The translations under genes and the position numbers were made by a program. From contig JBGAUV010000001.1 of NCBI GenBank assembly GCA_044228445.1, positions 143,827 through 207,826 of the forward strand: a DNA stretch of 64,000 nt, in the 5' to 3' direction. The stretch's first letter is position 1, and each line of letters starts with the position of its first letter. Source of the DNA: Minisyncoccia bacterium (GTDB lineage: Bacteria > Patescibacteriota > Minisyncoccia > Phycocordibacterales > PALSA-1337). The notes under the pieces were generated by a model that ran no database searches, was not told where the DNA came from, and was given only the letters and a program-made list of their open reading frames with translations. Shown here piece after piece: positions 27,242 through 36,152 of this stretch.

Positions 27242-27467
27242 AATATAAAAAACCCAAAGCAGATTGGGTTTTTTATATTTGGTGCCAGACGGAGCCATGT
27301 TTTTCTACCAAGAAAAACAGGCGAGTCAGGCCCGTAGAAATTTCCGAGCGTCGGCGAGGAAATTATCTACGGGCACCAAGCTAAGATTCTATCTTATTGA
27401 TAGTGTTTTTTTGCTTCATATTTAATAAATAAAATAATTGAGAATATAATGGTTTTGTGTTAATTTA

Positions 27468-27800
27468 TTGTTAGAAAGAGAGGTTATCATGAACGTCGAC
27501 AAACAAAATTCTATAAATCGAATTAGGTCACTGTATGGTGATGAAACTGCCCAAGTCTATTCGGGTTTAGTTAATGATTATCCTGAAACTATCCCAATGA
27601 GTGTCATGTTTGCCAAATTTTCTGAAGCACGCAGGATAGTCCAAGCAAAGAATCCTGCGCTATCACCAGCTGTTGTGTCTTTCAGATCAAAACCGGCAGA
27701 TACAAATATCAATGAGGGGAAAGTACTTACTTCGTTAGAAGCAGAACGAAGGCGAGTGAGGTTGATGTTTAGGTCACAGGATGTGCCTTTTAACAGTTAA
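27468..27800 (+). CDS. Hypothetical protein
   Basis: ORF followed by terminator gaCCCCGTGttcgCACGGGGtttttt (27817..27842). Confidence 0.35.
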   Translation: MLEREVIMNVDKQNSINRIRSLYGDETAQVYSGLVNDYPETIPMSVMFAKFSEARRIVQAKNPALSPAVVSFRSKPADTNINEGKVLTSLEAERRRVRLMFRSQDVPFNS

Positions 27801-28352
27801 AATTTTCTTACTAAAGACCCCGTGTTCGCACGGGGTTTTTTAAATAGAAAACCTATCACGATGTGACACGTGATAGGCCTACCAATTTTGGTATTTATCA
27901 TTACGAGTGATGTTCGAACGGGTTTTTTTACCCTCCATACCCCAGCCTTACTTGGCGGTTCCTCGGGATGACTAGATTTCATTATTTTACTAATCCTCTA
28001 GCAATCACATTCCGCATAATTTATATCATAAAAATTTATTTATTTTAAATGAAAAAGCCGAGGATATAGTCCTACGGCTATAAACTATCTTATTCCCGCA
28101 ATTAAATATTTGTACCATGCGGCCTTTGTCCGATGAATGGCTTTTCAAATATATTTCTATATGAAGAATTTCTAATTGATCTCAATAGTAACTTCCTGTT
28201 CTTTTGTCTAAACTTATTTGGTTGTGGTATTGCAACTGTGTATATAGTTGCATCGGAGTCTGACTGGTTTGTATTCATTATTTCTACTCTATTTTTATTC
28301 TAATTTGAAGATATAACTGAGTCAAATAATTTTAGAGGTTCGTATAAAAGTG

Positions 28353-28425
28353 TGGGCGATACAGGACTTGAACCTGTGACCTTCGCTGTGTAAAAGCGCT
28401 GCTCTACCAACTGAGCTAATCGCCC
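28353..28425 (-). tRNA. tRNA-Val (anticodon UAC)
   Basis: Reverse complement GGGCGATTAGCTCAGTTGGTAGAGCAGCGCTTTTACACAGCGAAGGTCACAGGTTCAAGTCCTGTATCGCCCA. Confidence 0.8.
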
Positions 28426-28501
28426 GCAGAACAACTATAGAACATAATTAGTTTTTTTTCAATCTTGTATTTTAAAGTAATTACGATACAATATATTATA
28501 T

Positions 28502-29167
28502 ATGAGTTCAGATAATATTCAAAAAGCAATAGATTTGAGGAAAAAAGGATATTCAGTATCTGATATTTCAACCAATTTGCATGTTTCTAAAGGTAGTGTG
28601 AGTACGTGGGTTAGAAGTGTTGCGCTAACAAATAAACAAAGATCAATTTTAAAGTATAGATCATACACTCCAGAAATTATTGAAAAAAGAAGACAGACCA
28701 GAATAAAAAATGAAATGGAAAAAAGAGAATCAATCATTTTAAATCATTCTATAGAAATTAGTAAAATAGATAAAAATATGCTTAAAATGATAGGTATAGC
28801 TTTGTATTGGGGTGAGGGAGCTAAAACCATGAAGGGTATGGCCAGGATAAGTAATAGTGATCCTTCAATTATCAAAATAGGAATGAGGTTTTTTAGAGAA
28901 ATATGTGGAGTAGATAATTTAAGATTTAGAGCACATATTCATATTCATTCTAAGGAGGCTGTTGCATCAGCAGAAAAGTACTGGTCAGATATAACTGGTA
29001 TACCTATTGCACAATTCTACAAGACTTACCACATAAAGAGTAAAAGCTCTAAAAATACAAAGAACAACTTGAAATACGGAACGATTGATATTGGAGTCTG
29101 TGACACAAGTCTATTACTTAAGATATTGGGATGGATAGAAGGATTAAAAAAACAATTAATAATATGA
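28502..29167 (+). CDS. Hypothetical protein with N-terminal HTH-like region
   Basis: LRKKGYSVSDISTNLHVSKGSVSTWVR is HTH-like; remainder unassigned. Confidence 0.35.
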   Translation: MSSDNIQKAIDLRKKGYSVSDISTNLHVSKGSVSTWVRSVALTNKQRSILKYRSYTPEIIEKRRQTRIKNEMEKRESIILNHSIEISKIDKNMLKMIGIALYWGEGAKTMKGMARISNSDPSIIKIGMRFFREICGVDNLRFRAHIHIHSKEAVASAEKYWSDITGIPIAQFYKTYHIKSKSSKNTKNNLKYGTIDIGVCDTSLLLKILGWIEGLKKQLII

Positions 29168-29913
29168 ATAATATAATAAAACTTTATGAGGACAGTGATA
29201 TTGTCGCTATAAATAAACCTGCAGGTCTTGTTGTGCATAGTGATGGAAGAACACAAGAACCAAGTATAGTGGATTGGGTAGAAGAAAATTATCCAAGTAC
29301 AAAAGGAGTAGGTGAACCAACTGTTATGGCTTCAGGTGAGGTTATACATCGTTCTGGAATAGTCCATAGATTGGACAGAGAAACCTCAGGAGTAATGCTT
29401 ATAGCAAAGACAACAAAGGGTCATGAAGAATTGAAAAAACAATTCCAAGATAGAACAATAAAAAAGAAATATTTAACTTTTGTTCATGGTGATATGAAGG
29501 ATGATTTTGGAATAATAAATAAACCAATAGGTAAAAGTCCTGCTGATTTTAGAAAATGGTCAGCGACTCGTGGAGCAAAAGGGGAAATGAGAGAAGCAGA
29601 AACTTGGTGGACTAGGTTGTCTTTTAAAGACGGAATATCTTTTTTATTAATCGAACCAAAGACAGGGAGAACACACCAGATTAGAGTGCATATGAAAGCC
29701 GTAAATCACCCTGTGGTTTCAGATAAGCTTTATGCAAGAGAAAAGCCACAAGCTTTAGGTTTTATAAGAACAGCTTTGCATGCTTGGTCTATTATTTTTA
29801 TAAATTGTGAAGGTAAAAAGATAACAGTAAAAGCACCAATTCCACCTGATTTTATAAATGCAATAAAAGAATTAAATATAGAGGATATTGCTAAAAAAGA
29901 AGGTATATGTTAA
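29164..29913 (+). CDS. RluA-family pseudouridine synthase
   Basis: DIVAINKPAGLVVH ... HRLDRETSGVMLIAKT catalytic-Asp motif. Confidence 0.85.
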   Translation: MNNIIKLYEDSDIVAINKPAGLVVHSDGRTQEPSIVDWVEENYPSTKGVGEPTVMASGEVIHRSGIVHRLDRETSGVMLIAKTTKGHEELKKQFQDRTIKKKYLTFVHGDMKDDFGIINKPIGKSPADFRKWSATRGAKGEMREAETWWTRLSFKDGISFLLIEPKTGRTHQIRVHMKAVNHPVVSDKLYAREKPQALGFIRTALHAWSIIFINCEGKKITVKAPIPPDFINAIKELNIEDIAKKEGIC

Positions 29914-29925
29914 TTTAGTCATACT

Positions 29926-30354
29926 ATGTCAGTAAAAAACAATACTATAACACCAGCAAATACAGAAGAGAGATCAAAGCTTGATATGAGAGCAGGTGAT
30001 ACTGTTCGTGTATGGCAAAAGGTTAAAGAAAAGGATAAGACACGTCTACAGGCTTTTGAAGGTCTTGTACTAGCTAGAAAGCATGGCACACAGTCAGGAG
30101 CTAGTTTTACAGTAAGAAAAGTTATGGATGGAGTAGGGGTAGAAAGAATATTTCCACTATACTCACCAATGATAGATAAAATAGAGTTAGTACGCCGTGC
30201 AAAGGTTCGTCGTTCAAAACTATACTTCGTACGTGAAAAAGCTACAAAAGAAATCCGTCGTCAAATGAGAAGACTACTAGCAATTGAACCAGGACAAAAT
30301 ACAGATACAAAGATTGCAAAGACAGAAGAAGTAAAAGAAGAGGTAAAAGCATAA
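29926..30354 (+). CDS. rplS: 50S ribosomal protein L19
   Basis: [45 protein letters not shown]...; terminator aaCCGCgaaaGCGGtttttt follows. Confidence 0.9.
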   Translation: MSVKNNTITPANTEERSKLDMRAGDTVRVWQKVKEKDKTRLQAFEGLVLARKHGTQSGASFTVRKVMDGVGVERIFPLYSPMIDKIELVRRAKVRRSKLYFVREKATKEIRRQMRRLLAIEPGQNTDTKIAKTEEVKEEVKA

Positions 30355-30419
30355 ACAAATAACCGCGAAAGCGGTTTTTTGTTTGAAAATAAAATATTAT
30401 TCATATATATTTTAATTAT

Positions 30420-30501
30420 GCCCAGGTGGCGAAATTGGTAGACGCATACCCTTGAGGTGGGTACGCCGTAAGGTGTGGAGGTTCGAGTCCTCTCTTGGGC
30501 A
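30420..30501 (+). tRNA. tRNA-Leu (anticodon GAG)
   Basis: GCCCAGGTGGCGAAATTGGTAGACGCATACCCTTGAGGTGGGTA...long variable arm...GTTCGAGTCCTCTCTTGGGCA. Confidence 0.85.
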
Positions 30502-30551
30502 CATTGACATATTTAATATTTAAATGTAATTTTTAGTTAGAAAGGAAACCC

Positions 30552-30764
30552 ATGGAATTAAAAGCTTTCGTAATGAGTGATGGTGAAGTTGCAAGAGTAA
30601 CAGTGTGGATAAGAGAACACGATCTAGAATGTCCAATTAGAAGCCAAGGTTCGATTCCTGGAAAATTTACATATTCATTCACACCAAATTCTCTCGGTTT
30701 GGTTAAAAAAGTGACTTGTGCTTGTGGTCAGTTAATTGATCTAACCGATTATGAATCATGGTGA
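30552..30764 (+). CDS. Hypothetical small protein
   Basis: ORF with aggaaacc RBS-like sequence; Cys pairs (C-x20-C...CAC). Confidence 0.3.
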   Translation: MELKAFVMSDGEVARVTVWIREHDLECPIRSQGSIPGKFTYSFTPNSLGLVKKVTCACGQLIDLTDYESW

Positions 30765-30878
30765 GTGTAATGGATAATAAAAGCCCTACCGGACAAAGGT
30801 GGGGCTTTTAAATTTTAATTCTGATATAAAAAATTAATTGTATATACTTTTTAATTAAATGTGGTATAAATAAACTAT

Positions 30879-30953
30879 GGTGGCTATAGTTTAGTGGTAA
30901 AACCTCGGTCTGTGGATCCGAAGTTGTGGGTTCGATTCCCACTAGCCACCCCA
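30879..30953 (+). tRNA. tRNA-His (anticodon GUG) with extra 5' G
   Basis: GGTGGCTATAGTTTAGTGGTAAAACCTCGGTCTGTGGATCCGAAGTTGTGGGTTCGATTCCCACTAGCCACCCCA. Confidence 0.8.
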
Positions 30954-32531
30954 TTCGAGAATCAGTTGTTGAAAAGCGATATTTCGCGCGTCAACAGAGC
31001 TGTATTCTCTCAGTCCTAACCTCTCAAATTCAGCCTTGAATTCAGGGTATACCTTTTTGATTGGCTGTAACCACTCATTGCCGGTGATAAAGACTTTTCC
31101 GCCCTTTATGTAGAAGTTCTGGCCTAATGCCGAGAATATTTCACGCTTTCTTTGAAGATCACCGACAATAAACTCCTTTCGAGCATAACAAGCAAAGCTA
31201 AAGACTTGTTCGGTAAGGTCCAGCCACTTTGAAGCACGTCCCTCGGTTTCTCGGAGTTTTGCCTGGAGTCTCGCAATCTTATCTTTCAGGATGTCACGCT
31301 CTTTGACGAATGTCTCGTCGTCAATAAGATCGCGATAACGCATCTTGGTTAAGTTATCGAGTTCGGTTTGCGACTCTACAACAGTCTTGTGTTGCATCTC
31401 ATAGATTTTAGTACGGTCCTCAATTTCTTTATCATTATTACGATTGAGAGCCTCAATAGCCCAGATCTGAAACTCGGGGAGTATGGTGTACTCCTCAAGT
31501 AAAAGTTCAATCTGTGTTTCTAAATCATCTAGTCTGATCGGGTTTCTTCTTGAACATCGCTCAACACCTTTCTTGTTTCCGCCACAGTGGTAGTAAACAT
31601 AATTTTTCATTTGACCAGTGCTTTTGATTTTCTTCATCCTTTCGGTGGCGGTATACATCGAACCACACAAACCACAGCGAATAAGCCCGGTGAAAGCGAA
31701 CTCATGAGTTTTAGCTCTTGGTTTTCCGGTCCTATCAAAGATAGCCTGGACCTGATCGAATTCCTCAAGAGTGATCATCGGCTTATGATTGCCTTTATAT
31801 ATTTTCTTACCCCAATGGAAGTTGCCGGTGTAGAAAATATTATTAAACATTTTGTAAATCACGCTCGGTGCCATCTCAACTCCACCACTGTGCTTACTCT
31901 TAAGGGAACGATAGCCCCACTCTTTACTTGCTATCTCTGCAATCTTTTTCGGAGTGTAACTACCAGTAAGCATGAGGTCCCACATTTTACGAACTAGGTG
32001 AAAACGTTCTGGATCGGGAAGGATTGTGTGCTCAAGTCGCTCGTTGATATAGCCAGCCGGTGCCTTTGAAGGGAACCATCCACGCTCTGCCTTGCCATGC
32101 ATGCCTCGCTTGGTATTCTTGCGAAGTTCGATAATGAACTGATTTGCCATTCCACTCTCAACACTAAAAAGCAGGACGTTATCATCTGGCAAATATTCTC
32201 GTTCCATTGTTTGGATAGATTGAATGATTCCTTTCTGAAGCATCCAGCTTAGCTTTCCGCTATCAATAGGATTGCGTGCTAGGCGATTGATTTGCCAGCA
32301 GAGAATTCCTTTTGCTTCGCCTTTTTCAATACGCCGAAGCATATCATTAAAGATTGGTCGCCCGGGTTGCTTGGCCGATTTTGCCTCGGTCAGTATTTCT
32401 TTGATTGAAATACCAAGAGAGTTGGCTCGCTCTTTGAGCCTATTAACCTGATCCTCGATTGATTGCTCTTGTCGGTCCTCTGATTCAGAAGACTTGCGAG
32501 CATACATGAAATATTCAACATTTGTAGCCAT
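30942..32531 (-). CDS. Large serine recombinase/integrase (resolvase catalytic domain + recombinase domain + Zn ribbon)
   Basis: N-terminus YARKSSESEDRQEQSIEDQ (catalytic Ser); C-terminal Cys cluster CGLCGS...YYHCGG...C; stop overlaps the 3' end of tRNA-His by 12 nt. Confidence 0.9.
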   Translation of the reverse strand: MATNVEYFMYARKSSESEDRQEQSIEDQVNRLKERANSLGISIKEILTEAKSAKQPGRPIFNDMLRRIEKGEAKGILCWQINRLARNPIDSGKLSWMLQKGIIQSIQTMEREYLPDDNVLLFSVESGMANQFIIELRKNTKRGMHGKAERGWFPSKAPAGYINERLEHTILPDPERFHLVRKMWDLMLTGSYTPKKIAEIASKEWGYRSLKSKHSGGVEMAPSVIYKMFNNIFYTGNFHWGKKIYKGNHKPMITLEEFDQVQAIFDRTGKPRAKTHEFAFTGLIRCGLCGSMYTATERMKKIKSTGQMKNYVYYHCGGNKKGVERCSRRNPIRLDDLETQIELLLEEYTILPEFQIWAIEALNRNNDKEIEDRTKIYEMQHKTVVESQTELDNLTKMRYRDLIDDETFVKERDILKDKIARLQAKLRETEGRASKWLDLTEQVFSFACYARKEFIVGDLQRKREIFSALGQNFYIKGGKVFITGNEWLQPIKKVYPEFKAEFERLGLREYSSVDARNIAFQQLILEWGG

Positions 32532-32599
32532 AAGTGGGTAATGTTAATTAATAAAGGATGTTGCTGTATTAGCTTCTTCGTGGGCTAATTGCAAGTCCT

Positions 32600-33958
32600 T
32601 TAAAAGGGAACATCGTCGGCTTTTATCTCATCTTCAGCTTTTGCAATCTCTACCCCCGACTCGTACGCACTATTTATTTTTTCAGTTTGCTCAAGCTTTC
32701 TAATGGCTGTCGTAGGGTATGTCAGGAGTTGTCGGCGATCATTCGGGTCCGGCTCTTGAAAGATAAGGCCAGCTGATTCGATGTTTGGTAGATAATCATA
32801 ACGAAGTCTGAACATGCCCAGATTGCCACCATAGACGTGAGCGTATTGTTTGAGCATGTCTTGTCGACTTACACCGACTTTCTTTTCTTCGGGTACAGGA
32901 TCACCGAATTCATCAACTTGGTCCCGATTCCACAGAGGCATAATAATCTGCTGGTAGAACTCGTAGAGATAAGGAGAGATTTCAAGCTCTTGAAAGAGTG
33001 ATATCTTGTCCCAAATTTCAAAACCGGTATCAATATCAAGTTCGGAAGCATACACCGTTGAACCTTCACGCTTACGATGCCAAACATTGAGAAGGGTGAC
33101 GGACTTTATGATGGAATAAATACGTTTGATATCGCGTTGATTTCTCGGTTGCGGATTTTTAATGTGAGCCAGGAATCTGTCTTGGACCATTTTCTCATTT
33201 TCAATAATGATCTCATCGATACCTTCTGCTTTGATTGCTTGTATACGTTTTATAAGAGCCTTACGGAGAGGGTTCTCGTTTAGCTCTTTGTAGTTCTTTT
33301 TGTCTGACTCTTTACGAGAAGATTGATGAATACCGGCAAAGATTTTCTCCTGATTTATTTCAGGGCTAAGAAGTAGGAAACGAGTCATTTCTTGTTGGTC
33401 CATTTTGGCATTGGCTGAGCAGAATATGACAGAAGGGAAACCTCTTACAACAGCCGTCTTTGTTTTGGTCCCACCTTTTTGAGTTTTGTCGGTGATTTTG
33501 TGTCTTGTTTCTTTCTCGTCGTGAGATAGAAGCGATCGAAGTTTTGTTAAGAGAGTTGAGTGGGGCATATCAAGGAAAATGATGATCTTTCTTGATAGGT
33601 CGATGAAGTGTTCGTTCGTCTCTTTTTTGTATACGCCAGTCTCATGCAGAAATGAAGTTGGTGATGCACCGGCTAGCTTCATTACATCCTCTTGAGGAAA
33701 GAGGTGAGATATCTCGAGAGGGATGAAGCTTTTTCCTGAAGATGAGGGTGCGTTAAAACTGATATTGAATTGCGCGTTGTCGGTGTATGCCGCAAGCATG
33801 GCAAGAAACGTGATGATTTTATTACCGTCATCTTTTTTGATAGTAAGGTCCAGCACTTCCCGGACCTGATCGAGAGTGATAGGTTCTGGTGGAGTAATGC
33901 GATCCTTAATTTTGTTGAGTTCCTCGTTGATTGTAAGTGACTCTAGGTTCTGATTCAT
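32600..33958 (-). CDS. P-loop NTPase, putative element replication (primase/helicase-like) protein
   Basis: Walker A FNAPSSSGKSF; size and context as for plasmid/phage D5/P4-type primase-helicases; family not resolved. Confidence 0.4.
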   Translation of the reverse strand: MNQNLESLTINEELNKIKDRITPPEPITLDQVREVLDLTIKKDDGNKIITFLAMLAAYTDNAQFNISFNAPSSSGKSFIPLEISHLFPQEDVMKLAGASPTSFLHETGVYKKETNEHFIDLSRKIIIFLDMPHSTLLTKLRSLLSHDEKETRHKITDKTQKGGTKTKTAVVRGFPSVIFCSANAKMDQQEMTRFLLLSPEINQEKIFAGIHQSSRKESDKKNYKELNENPLRKALIKRIQAIKAEGIDEIIIENEKMVQDRFLAHIKNPQPRNQRDIKRIYSIIKSVTLLNVWHRKREGSTVYASELDIDTGFEIWDKISLFQELEISPYLYEFYQQIIMPLWNRDQVDEFGDPVPEEKKVGVSRQDMLKQYAHVYGGNLGMFRLRYDYLPNIESAGLIFQEPDPNDRRQLLTYPTTAIRKLEQTEKINSAYESGVEIAKAEDEIKADDVPF

Positions 33959-34172
33959 GATTTTGTAATTTATGTGTTAATAAAGGAATGGTTTCGATTC
34001 GTCGCTTTTGGACGAGTTCGTATTCTTCTTTGCTCATCGGCTTGTAGACGAGTTCCATCAAGCGCAAAAGCTGAGTCCCTTTTGCAAGAGCCTCATCTTT
34101 GCTTATATCCACTCCAAAACGAGCCTTGTAGAGCTCTTGGAATTTCTTGATATCTGCGTCCAAAAGTAACAT
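33906..34172 (-). CDS. Small conserved hypothetical protein (paralog of 46550..46804)
   Basis: Shares F.E.Y....G.DI...EA...G..LL.LM..VY.P..KEE pattern with the ORF at 46550. Confidence 0.35.
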   Translation of the reverse strand: MLLLDADIKKFQELYKARFGVDISKDEALAKGTQLLRLMELVYKPMSKEEYELVQKRRIETIPLLTHKLQNHESEPRVTYNQRGTQQN

Positions 34173-34174
34173 GG

Positions 34175-34456
34175 CTATTCCGAGTAAAGTTTGTTCTTCA
34201 GAGCTTTAATGCTGTCGAACATAGAACGAGCCTTCACCTCGACCTCGTCAGTGAAGTATTTGTTGGCGTATTCCTCGATGCGAGGCTCACGCTTGAACAT
34301 AAACAAGGCTTTGCGCGGATTGTCGCGGTCCAGAGATTCAAGTTTGAATCCGAGACACAGCAAAAAACTGGCACAGCCCAAGTCGTATGTCGTAAAGACA
34401 TCTGATGGATCAACGGAATCATCCGAGGACCATCGTGTGGTTTTCTTTTTGATCAT
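34175..34456 (-). CDS. Hypothetical protein (DUF5659-like TYDLGCASFLL motif)
   Basis: VFTTYDLGCASFLLCLGFKLESL resembles a phage-associated small-protein family. Confidence 0.3.
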   Translation of the reverse strand: MIKKKTTRWSSDDSVDPSDVFTTYDLGCASFLLCLGFKLESLDRDNPRKALFMFKREPRIEEYANKYFTDEVEVKARSMFDSIKALKNKLYSE

Positions 34457-34592
34457 GGGTAATCGAATTAATTGGTAATGAATGCTCTAAACAAAAAGCC
34501 AAAGCATTGTGCTTTGACTGTAGTCGTCCGGGAGAAATAAATGGACGGAACGATTATGGGTTTAATGTGGGTTCAATGTGACCCGATAAAAA

Positions 34593-35216
34593 TCATGGCG
34601 CGAGCTTGTATCCGACACCTTTGATGTTCTTAATTATGTCTTTATTTTTAGCTTTCTTTGCTGGCAAAATACCGAGTGCCTCTTTGATGTTACGGATTAC
34701 AAAAGTGAGATTGCGCTTGGTGGTCTTTGAAACAGGTGCACCGAGTATATCCGCATAGGTCACCTGATTATTTTTAGCCATCGCTAGTTTGAGAAGTACC
34801 GCAAACTCCTGGCTCTTAGGATTGAAAATAGCTTGAACTGTATTCAAACGGACCGTAGCAGTAACTTTATCGATAGAAAGAGTGTTGGTTCCGATGGTGA
34901 TAGAGATAAGATCGGTGTCCGGCTTGCTTACCCTTACATGATCACCAAAAGTGCTGATGACCCAGAAACTGACCGCCTTACCAATAACATTAAGGTCCTT
35001 GATGAGATTCTCTTGTTCAAGTTTTTTCAGAACGAGTATCTGTTCGTTTGCAGGGAATGAAGGTTGGTCTTTGAGTTGAAACTTTAAAATACCAGCCGGG
35101 CTTATCTGAGCTCTTTCATGTATCAAATCTTTGATTAATTGTAATTTTTCCCCAGCTTTCATTTTATGGTAATAGTAATATTCCCTTAATCTACTCTTTT
35201 TTAGCAGATTTTCCAA
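34593..35216 (-). CDS. Hypothetical protein
   Basis: ORF only. Confidence 0.3.
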   Translation of the reverse strand: MENLLKKSRLREYYYYHKMKAGEKLQLIKDLIHERAQISPAGILKFQLKDQPSFPANEQILVLKKLEQENLIKDLNVIGKAVSFWVISTFGDHVRVSKPDTDLISITIGTNTLSIDKVTATVRLNTVQAIFNPKSQEFAVLLKLAMAKNNQVTYADILGAPVSKTTKRNLTFVIRNIKEALGILPAKKAKNKDIIKNIKGVGYKLAP

Positions 35217-35273
35217 TATAGTGAGCCTAAGTGTGGGGTAGCTCGGCTTTTTCGTTCTTTGAACATTGTATGG

Positions 35274-35302
35274 TTGACATATACCCCTAGGGGGTATATA
35301 CT
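35274..35302 (+). promoter_or_regulatory. Sigma70-like promoter (TTGACA-17-TATACT) with a CsoR-type GC-rich palindromic operator in the spacer
   Basis: ttgacATATACCCCtagGGGGTATATact; palindrome ATATACCCC/GGGGTATAT resembles the known CsoR operator (TACCC..GGGTA). Confidence 0.7.
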
Positions 35303-35309
35303 ATTGTTT

Positions 35310-35585
35310 ATGAAATACATAGATGAAAAAGGAAAAGAGAAAATTATTAAGCAACTCAAGCGAATTGAGGGGCAGGTTCGCGGTTTACAAAAATTAGTCG
35401 AGAATGATACTTATTGCATTGATGTTATCACTCAAACATCGGCGGTTAAGCAGAGTTTGTCCTCTGTTGAGGATGTATTAATGGAGAATCATTTAGGTCA
35501 CTGTGTTCACCATCAGATGTCTTCTGGTCAAGTTGATAAGGCAAAAGGTGAAGTTCTTAAGGTTTATAAATTAAAAAGAAAATAA
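35310..35585 (+). CDS. csoR: Copper-sensing repressor, CsoR/RcnR family
   Basis: VRGLQKLVENDTYCIDVITQTSAVKQSL...HLGHCVHH (C-H-C metal ligands); the annotated upstream Met would place the operator inside the ORF, so the internal start is used. Confidence 0.8.
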   Translation: MKYIDEKGKEKIIKQLKRIEGQVRGLQKLVENDTYCIDVITQTSAVKQSLSSVEDVLMENHLGHCVHHQMSSGQVDKAKGEVLKVYKLKRK

Positions 35586-35586
35586 T

Positions 35587-36147
35587 ATGAAGATATCAAT
35601 ATATTTAGCATTAGGTTTAGTAGTTGTTGGCGCAATATTGGGCGTTGCTTTTGGATATTATATAACTCCTGATTATAAAGTATCGATGTATGATAAAAAT
35701 ACTATGAGTCTTGGCCAGGCTGACAGAACTTTTGATCTTCGATATGTAAATGCCATGATTTCTCACCATAGAGGTGCCATGCTTCTTGCTGAACAGTTGG
35801 CTAAAAATACTACACGTCCAGAAATGAAGACTTTGGCACAGAATATTCTTGCAGATGAGCCAAAAGCTATCGCTGAACTTTATTCATGGAAAAAGGATTG
35901 GTATGGAGATACTAAAAGCGTGAGAGATCCGATTGTGGCGAATCTAGGTCCAGCAGGAGAGACATTTGATTTACGTTTTCTCAACGCGATCATAGCTCAC
36001 CATGAGGCTGGTATTGTTATGACAAAAGAGACACGACTAAAATCTAGTCGAGCTCAGGTATTGGATAATGCTAATGCGGTCGAGGCATTTCTTTCAAATG
36101 GCCTGCAAACCCTCAAAGGTCTTAGAAGTACTTGGTACAACATTTAA
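35587..36147 (+). CDS. DUF305-family protein (copper-resistance associated)
   Basis: Two repeats of F(D)LRY/FLNAMI.HH..A..M. Confidence 0.8.
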   Translation: MKISIYLALGLVVVGAILGVAFGYYITPDYKVSMYDKNTMSLGQADRTFDLRYVNAMISHHRGAMLLAEQLAKNTTRPEMKTLAQNILADEPKAIAELYSWKKDWYGDTKSVRDPIVANLGPAGETFDLRFLNAIIAHHEAGIVMTKETRLKSSRAQVLDNANAVEAFLSNGLQTLKGLRSTWYNI

Positions 36148-36152
36148 TAATC

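Noticed and set aside
27282-27380. Partial inverted/direct copies of the tRNA-Arg(UCU) 3' end (tatttggtgcc; cgggcaccaagc) downstream of the tRNA
   Set aside because: Only 11-12 nt matches; too short to call an att site, although the region 27250..28350 is non-coding and could be a decayed insertion.
35259-35309. Upstream start (35259) for csoR
   Set aside because: It would place the sigma70 -35/-10 and the CsoR operator palindrome inside the coding sequence; the internal ATG at 35310 gives a typical ~91-aa CsoR.
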